Assembly (NCBI GenBank): GCA_965227295.1
Contig: OZ245742.1
Coordinates: forward strand, 4,128,001-4,192,000
Reading direction: 5' to 3'
Source: Leptonemataceae bacterium
GTDB lineage: Bacteria; Spirochaetota; Leptospiria; Leptospirales; Leptonemataceae
DNA: 64,000 bases
Part shown: piece after piece, positions 58,985 through 64,000 of the stretch
How positions within the stretch are numbered: position 1 is the first letter of the stretch
How the letters are laid out: the number at the start of each line of letters is the position of its first letter
Made by a program: the position numbers and the translations under genes
The notes under the pieces: generated by a model
What the model was told of the DNA's origin: nothing
The model's input: only the letters and a program-made list of their open reading frames with translations
Database searches by the model: none

Positions 58985-59974
58985 TCAGGTGGCGGTCAGC
59001 TCTCCGCTCAGCGCCGCACGGATGGCCGCGCGCAGACTGCCGGCGTCCGGCTTCGACGCCCGGCTCGCGGCCAGGTCGAAGGCCGTGCCGTGATCGGGAC
59101 TCGTGCGTACGATGGGCAGGCCGATCGTCGCGTTGACCCCGTACGCGCCCTCGAAGGCCTTGAACGGAATGAGCCCCTGGTCATGATAGCAACTGAAAAT
59201 CAGCCGGTACCGCCTCCGCACGGATTCCATAAATAGAGTATCGGCCGGCTTCGGCCCTTCCAGCGGAAATCCGCGCTGCCGCAAATCCTCGCAGAAGTCG
59301 TTCAGGAAGTCGAGTTCTTCCCGGCCGATCGTCCCGCCGTCGCCGCAGTGCGGATTCAGTCCGCACATGGCCCAGCGTGCCCCGCCGTACTCCGGCAGAC
59401 GTTGGAGTTGCTGCAACAGTTCCAGAAAGGCCGGCTCTGCCAGGCGTTGCCGGAGCGCGGCGGGTACTTCATCGACGGCGATGTGCACCGTAATCGGCAC
59501 CACGGAAAACTCCCGGCCGTGCATGAGCATGAGCACGTTGCTCTGAAAGCGCTCCGCCAGATACTCCGTGTGGCCGCGGAAGTCCGGCCGCAGGGACTTC
59601 GCCACCCACTCCTTCGAAAGTGGCAGGGTTACCAGACCGGAGCAGCCGTGCTCCAGGGCAAAATCACAGGCCAGCTTCAACGCGGCGAAGGACAAGGCAC
59701 CGGTATGCGGCCCGGGCCGACCGGCGGTGATGGGAGCGGCTTCGCGAAAGTCGGGAAACGCCCGTGCCAGGTGCGCGTCCACATCGACAATCTCAAAGTC
59801 CCGGCCCATCTGAAGGCCGAATCCTTTCGCGTGATGGACGACTTCATCCGCATGACCGGCCGTGTCGTAGTAAACGATTTTGCGACCGGCGTTGCGCCAG
59901 TCCTGGACACTATCGAGGAGGATCTCCGGACCAATGCCGGCGGGGTCCCCGCCGGTGATCAGGAGGGGCTTCAG
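58985..59974 (-). CDS. pdxA: 4-hydroxythreonine-4-phosphate dehydrogenase
   Basis: ITGGDPAGIGPEI lies in frame upstream of the first ATG. TLPLSK, GHTEYL, GLNPHCG, PADTLF, YHDQGLIPFK, RTSPDHGTAFD. Probable CTG start. Confidence 0.92.
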   Translation of the reverse strand: MKPLLITGGDPAGIGPEILLDSVQDWRNAGRKIVYYDTAGHADEVVHHAKGFGLQMGRDFEIVDVDAHLARAFPDFREAAPITAGRPGPHTGALSFAALKLACDFALEHGCSGLVTLPLSKEWVAKSLRPDFRGHTEYLAERFQSNVLMLMHGREFSVVPITVHIAVDEVPAALRQRLAEPAFLELLQQLQRLPEYGGARWAMCGLNPHCGDGGTIGREELDFLNDFCEDLRQRGFPLEGPKPADTLFMESVRRRYRLIFSCYHDQGLIPFKAFEGAYGVNATIGLPIVRTSPDHGTAFDLAASRASKPDAGSLRAAIRAALSGELTAT

Positions 59975-60408
59975 GACGCCTTCTGGCGCGATCCGAACAG
60001 TTTTTCGAGGGACAGGTTATCGCGGCCGTACTCGCTTTCGATGTACTGGCGCGCGGAGTGCTTGAGGTCGTGGCTGATCATGCAACGGCCCTCGAGGATG
60101 ACGCCGTTCTGGATGATGAGCTCCGGCGTGCTGATGTCGCCGAGGATGCGCGCCGTGGGCAGCAACATGACCCGGTTCCGGGCCGTGATGTTCCCGACGA
60201 TGATGCCTTCGACGATGACCGAGGCCGCCGTAACGTTGGTGCGGACCCGGCCGGTAACGCCGATGTAGAGCTGGTCGGCCTGGAGGGACTTGCCCTCGAA
60301 CTTGCCGTCGATCTTGAGCGAACCGTTGATGAAGAAGCGGCCGCTGAAGTAGGAGTTCTCGCCGATGGTGGAGTTGGTGACTTCCGATGCTGCTTTTACA
60401 AGTGCCAT
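59971..60408 (-). CDS. bactofilin (polymer-forming cytoskeletal protein)
   Basis: STIGE...F.G....GSLKIDG.FEG, IVEG.I.GNI.A, GDI....L.I..G..LEG.C. Confidence 0.92.
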   Translation of the reverse strand: MALVKAASEVTNSTIGENSYFSGRFFINGSLKIDGKFEGKSLQADQLYIGVTGRVRTNVTAASVIVEGIIVGNITARNRVMLLPTARILGDISTPELIIQNGVILEGRCMISHDLKHSARQYIESEYGRDNLSLEKLFGSRQKAS

Positions 60409-60505
60409 GTGTGGATGATTCCGAATTTTCCAGTAGTGCTACAGTACCAGACTTTCGGCCTCCGTCGCAGCGGGGAAGGATTTTATTGTCTCGTAGCGGT
60501 CACTT

Positions 60506-62263
60506 TTAGTGCAGATCGCCGAAGAAGTGCGTCGTGCCCTCACCGAGCAATTCCCCGTCCGCCAGGGACGGAGACAGGTCCAGAGAAGACGCAAGATCGG
60601 CGTCATAAAACAGGTAGAGCGAGCCTTGCTGGGCGCCGGCGCCGGCATCACGCCGGGGGGCGGATAGAAAGAGTTCCGGATGGCGATTGCCGTTCCAGTC
60701 GCCCAGGCGCAGGTCGCTTCCGAACGAATGAGCGCTGCTTTCGCCGGTGGCAATGACCGACTCCGACTCCGGGACCGACGCCGCCCAGGAACTACGCCCG
60801 GAAAAGACATACACCCGTCCCTGGAGGGAATTGAAGCCCTGGGCAAGCAGAATCAGTTCCGGCAATCCGTCGGCGTTCAGATCGGCGACCCGCGCCCCGG
60901 CAGTGTTGGCCGCCAGGACCTCGGTATCGTTCGCCGTATCCACGGTGGAAGTGAAGCCGCCCGCGTTTCCGAAGAAGATCCGATACGAGGCATTTCCCTG
61001 AAATAAGAGATCCGTGTAGCCGTCCGCATTCAGGTCGGCCGCGCGCGGGTGCGCGCCGAACTCGTTGCCGGGGGACGTGCCCGTAAAGATCACGTCGGCG
61101 ATGGCCGCAGAACCGCTCGCCAGACCGCCCGGGCTTCCGTAGTGCACGTAGCTACGCCCGGTAAAGACGCCCGCGGGATAGCCCAGGGCGTTGGCGATGA
61201 CGTCGGCGTAACCGTCCGCGTTGACGTCCGCCACGAAGAGGTCGTCGGCCAGTTCCTCGAGCCCCGCCTCTCCCTGCACGGTCGTATCCGCACTGCTGAT
61301 ATCACCATCCGCCAGTGGAGCGGCGGAACCGTGAAAAACGAACCACCCACCCCGATCACTCAGATAACCCGAAGCACCGACGACGATGTCGGCGTAGCCG
61401 TCGCCGTTGACGTCGCCGGTGTACAGCAACTGGCCGAGCGCGGTACTCGCCGTGCCGCGCAAGGTCGCGTCGGCATCCGCCGGGCTCGTCGCGGAGATAC
61501 CGTTCGCGCTGCCGTAGTAAACGTAAATAGCCCCACTGCCCGGGGCGGGCACGGCGGCCCCGGATGCACCCACAAACAAATCCGCGTAGCCGTCGCCGTT
61601 CAGATCACCGGTATTGAAGCCGGACCCGAGACTTTCATTCGTCGCGGTACCGGTGATGATGACGTCGGCCGCGGCCGGCGAGGTGGATTCGATACGTGAA
61701 CCGTCACTGCGTCCGTAATAGAGATAGAGCCGTCCCGCATTGCTCACGCCGGAGTCGTAGGTCGTGGCAGCAACGAGCAACTCCGCGAAACCGTCTCCGT
61801 TTATATCCCGATTGCGACCGATGGTAATCGTCGTCTCGACGCTGCTTGAGGGAGCGGCATAGATCGAGTTCACCCGCACGGTGACGCGGTGTTCCGTTCC
61901 TTCTCCGTAGCCCGCCGTCGTCGGCAGACGATAGCGCCACGTCGTCGTTCCTTCGGCCGGTTGAAATTCACCGTCGTTCAATGCAACCTCTACACCCAGG
62001 ACCGGCGTGGATGCCTCCGCCGTTCCGATCAGGTACGCCGATTCCACGATGCCGGTGGTCTGCCGATTCGTGAACACGACCGCGGCTTCCGGCCGGCCCC
62101 AGAAGAATAGCGCCGCCGGATTGCAGGCAACGTCGGCCGTTGCGCAGGGAGGCTCCGCCATATCGCCGGCGCAGTGACCCGAAAAGCCGATCGCGCCGAG
62201 AACGAGGAGGAGCAGGGTTAATAGTTTATTGTTAGAAGTTAGGGAACGAAGTTGTCTCTGCAT
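60506..62263 (-). CDS. FG-GAP (integrin-alpha-like beta-propeller) repeat lipoprotein with Ig-like domain
   Basis: Lipobox FSGHC; seven DxNxDG-type loops (DINGDGFAE, DLNGDGYAD, DVNGDGYAD, DVNADGYAD, DLNADGYTD, DLNADGLPE, DWNGNRHPE). Confidence 0.9.
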   Translation of the reverse strand: MQRQLRSLTSNNKLLTLLLLVLGAIGFSGHCAGDMAEPPCATADVACNPAALFFWGRPEAAVVFTNRQTTGIVESAYLIGTAEASTPVLGVEVALNDGEFQPAEGTTTWRYRLPTTAGYGEGTEHRVTVRVNSIYAAPSSSVETTITIGRNRDINGDGFAELLVAATTYDSGVSNAGRLYLYYGRSDGSRIESTSPAAADVIITGTATNESLGSGFNTGDLNGDGYADLFVGASGAAVPAPGSGAIYVYYGSANGISATSPADADATLRGTASTALGQLLYTGDVNGDGYADIVVGASGYLSDRGGWFVFHGSAAPLADGDISSADTTVQGEAGLEELADDLFVADVNADGYADVIANALGYPAGVFTGRSYVHYGSPGGLASGSAAIADVIFTGTSPGNEFGAHPRAADLNADGYTDLLFQGNASYRIFFGNAGGFTSTVDTANDTEVLAANTAGARVADLNADGLPELILLAQGFNSLQGRVYVFSGRSSWAASVPESESVIATGESSAHSFGSDLRLGDWNGNRHPELFLSAPRRDAGAGAQQGSLYLFYDADLASSLDLSPSLADGELLGEGTTHFFGDLH

Positions 62264-62335
62264 GAAAAAGAATCGCTACGGATACTTTTTCACTGAGCGG
62301 AATCAATGCAAGTATGTTGCGATCTCGCGACCCGC

Positions 62336-63181
62336 TCAGCCCGGCCGGAGGGGGCTGCGGTCGGCCTTGAGCGTCGGCATGTTCAGTTCTTCGATGGCCT
62401 CTTCTACAAACTGCGCGAACTCGCGAATACCCTCGCTCACCGGCCGGCCTTCCAGGACCGTGGCGTCCTCGTACTTCGAGTTGAACTTGATGGGCTCGTT
62501 CTTGTTGGTGACGATGCCGCCGCCGCGTTCCAGGTCTTCGGTAAGCGAGCGCAGAAATTCGCGCAACTTCTTGAGCATTTCGCTGGAGTCGAAAATGAAG
62601 GCGCGGGTCTGGCGGTTCTTCATTTTCAGAAGCTGCTCGCGGAAGTCCTGCTTCTCCGCACCGGAGTACTCCTCAATGGTTTCCAGGAGGACCTTCATGT
62701 TCCGGATGACGTTTTCGAGCTGGGTCCGCAGGGAGTCGCGCTCCGAGGCCCGGGAGAAATCGAGGCGACAGTGCTGCTCGGCAATGGCCGGCCAGTACTC
62801 GTTTTGAATGGTGCGAAAGACCGTGGCGAGAAAGTTTACGTCCGGGTCCGTGCTGTGCGGGGTGGCCTTGCTCACCGGAAATTTGTCGAGCACGCGATGA
62901 CCGCTTCCGCCGCCGGAAGGCGCGGCGCTGCGGGCCGCCGGAGCCGCGGCCGCCGGGGCGCTGACTCCGAGTTCTTCAACGACCTGGTCGGCGCTCATCT
63001 TCGTGGCGTCGAGGCCGGGGACCATTTGGGTGAGGCGGGCGCGCTGTTTCGCCAGTTCCTTCTGCACCCGGGCCTTTTGCTCTTCGCTCGGAGAGGTGCG
63101 GATGATTCCCTCCATTTGTTTGAGGTACTTTACGACCTTTTCGACTTCCGCGCGTTGCTGATCGGTAAGATTGTACGCCAC
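62336..63181 (-). CDS. hypothetical protein (helical, Ala/Pro linker)
   Basis: 281-aa ORF with host-like codon use; no motif recognised. Confidence 0.75.
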   Translation of the reverse strand: MAYNLTDQQRAEVEKVVKYLKQMEGIIRTSPSEEQKARVQKELAKQRARLTQMVPGLDATKMSADQVVEELGVSAPAAAAPAARSAAPSGGGSGHRVLDKFPVSKATPHSTDPDVNFLATVFRTIQNEYWPAIAEQHCRLDFSRASERDSLRTQLENVIRNMKVLLETIEEYSGAEKQDFREQLLKMKNRQTRAFIFDSSEMLKKLREFLRSLTEDLERGGGIVTNKNEPIKFNSKYEDATVLEGRPVSEGIREFAQFVEEAIEELNMPTLKADRSPLRPG

Positions 63182-63252
63182 GGCGTGAAAATCAGGTGTG
63201 TACTGCTATTCAGCAAGTCTTTTTTACCACGGCCTGGCGGGCCGCCGATCGC

Positions 63253-64000
63253 TCATTCGCGGATGGAGAAACCGAATTGCTCGTTGTTCTCGGCACCCTG
63301 GATGATCAGGTCGTTGACCGTCCGACTGACCGTACCGCTCAGACGGGTGTCCGTGTTTTCGTAGAGCACGGTGGCCATCCCGAAATCCGTGCCGGGGCCG
63401 TCCGCGGTGGGGCTGCTGAAGACGATCTCGGTCAATGTCCCATCCCCGTTGAGATCCTGGCGGAGCAACGGGGCCCCGAAGCCCTCGTTTGCCTCGGCCC
63501 CCTGCACGCGCACGAAGCCCTGGGTCACCAGAAGCGTGGAACCGGAAGTGAGCGCCGCACCGGTGAAGGCGTAGGCCTCGCCCCGCCCGGTCCCCCCGCC
63601 CGCGGACTGGGCCGCCGTGATCCAGAGGTCCGGGTAATCGTCGCCGTTGATGTCCTCGCGCACGGCCAGGAGGTCACCGCTGCGATCGTTGTCGGCCTCA
63701 CCCCGGATGGTCACGTCGGCGTTCGTGCGAAACTTTGTTCCGCCGAACGGCGGAAAGTAGATGTGAGTTTCGCCGCGCTGGGTTCCTCCGCCGCCGGCCT
63801 GTACGGAACTGGCGGCGATTTCGATGAGGCCGTCGTTGTTCAGGTCCCCGTGGGCGATGAATGACGGAAAGGCCTCGTTGGAGACCGTGCCGCGGTAGAC
63901 GGCAAAGGCCTGGTCCGCTGTGATCAGGCTGCCGTTCGTGAACGGCCCGGCATACAGCCGCAGGGCGCCGGCATCGGATTGGCCGTTGGCCGTGTCGTCC
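63253..64000 (-). CDS. FG-GAP repeat protein, 3' part (start outside window)
   Basis: Frame is open to the window edge; GDLNNDG, DINGDDYPD, DLNGDG, EQFGFS. Confidence 0.85.
   Translation of the reverse strand, partial: DDTANGQSDAGALRLYAGPFTNGSLITADQAFAVYRGTVSNEAFPSFIAHGDLNNDGLIEIAASSVQAGGGGTQRGETHIYFPPFGGTKFRTNADVTIRGEADNDRSGDLLAVREDINGDDYPDLWITAAQSAGGGTGRGEAYAFTGAALTSGSTLLVTQGFVRVQGAEANEGFGAPLLRQDLNGDGTLTEIVFSSPTADGPGTDFGMATVLYENTDTRLSGTVSRTVNDLIIQGAENNEQFGFSIRE

Overview
This is a high-GC bacterial chromosome window, most likely from Leptospiraceae (Spirochaetota). That assignment is an inference from a 7TM-DISM-type sensor kinase, spirochaete-style lipoboxes and the dapA-dapB-cdaA-cdaR-acpS gene order. 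The left part holds a glutathione island (ggt, a split GshF-type gshA plus ATP-grasp synthetase, grx, grxD, two bolA, GST, truD), an intact IS3/IS407-group element with a 4-bp target duplication, and an AT-rich EstT-like hydrolase in cassette-like borders. The centre holds clpB and an alternative complex III operon (actABCDEF). That operon continues into a diheme cytochrome and a cbb3-derived ccoN/O/P-like module whose full-length CcoN homologue appears to have lost all six heme/Cu histidine ligands, which is the most striking feature of the window. The right part holds a decayed SIR2-like gene, recJ, a PilZ-TPR fusion, a eukaryote-type mtnB, mutY, queG, pdxB, ppx, lysine/c-di-AMP genes, pdxA, bactofilin and two FG-GAP proteins. 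Intergenic regions carry several repeat families: a covarying multi-hairpin with GNA triloops, a back-to-back promoter module and REP-like inverted repeats. At least two genes appear to start at CTG. No rRNA, tRNA or CRISPR array was recognised. All homology calls are by-eye motif recognition, not database searches.
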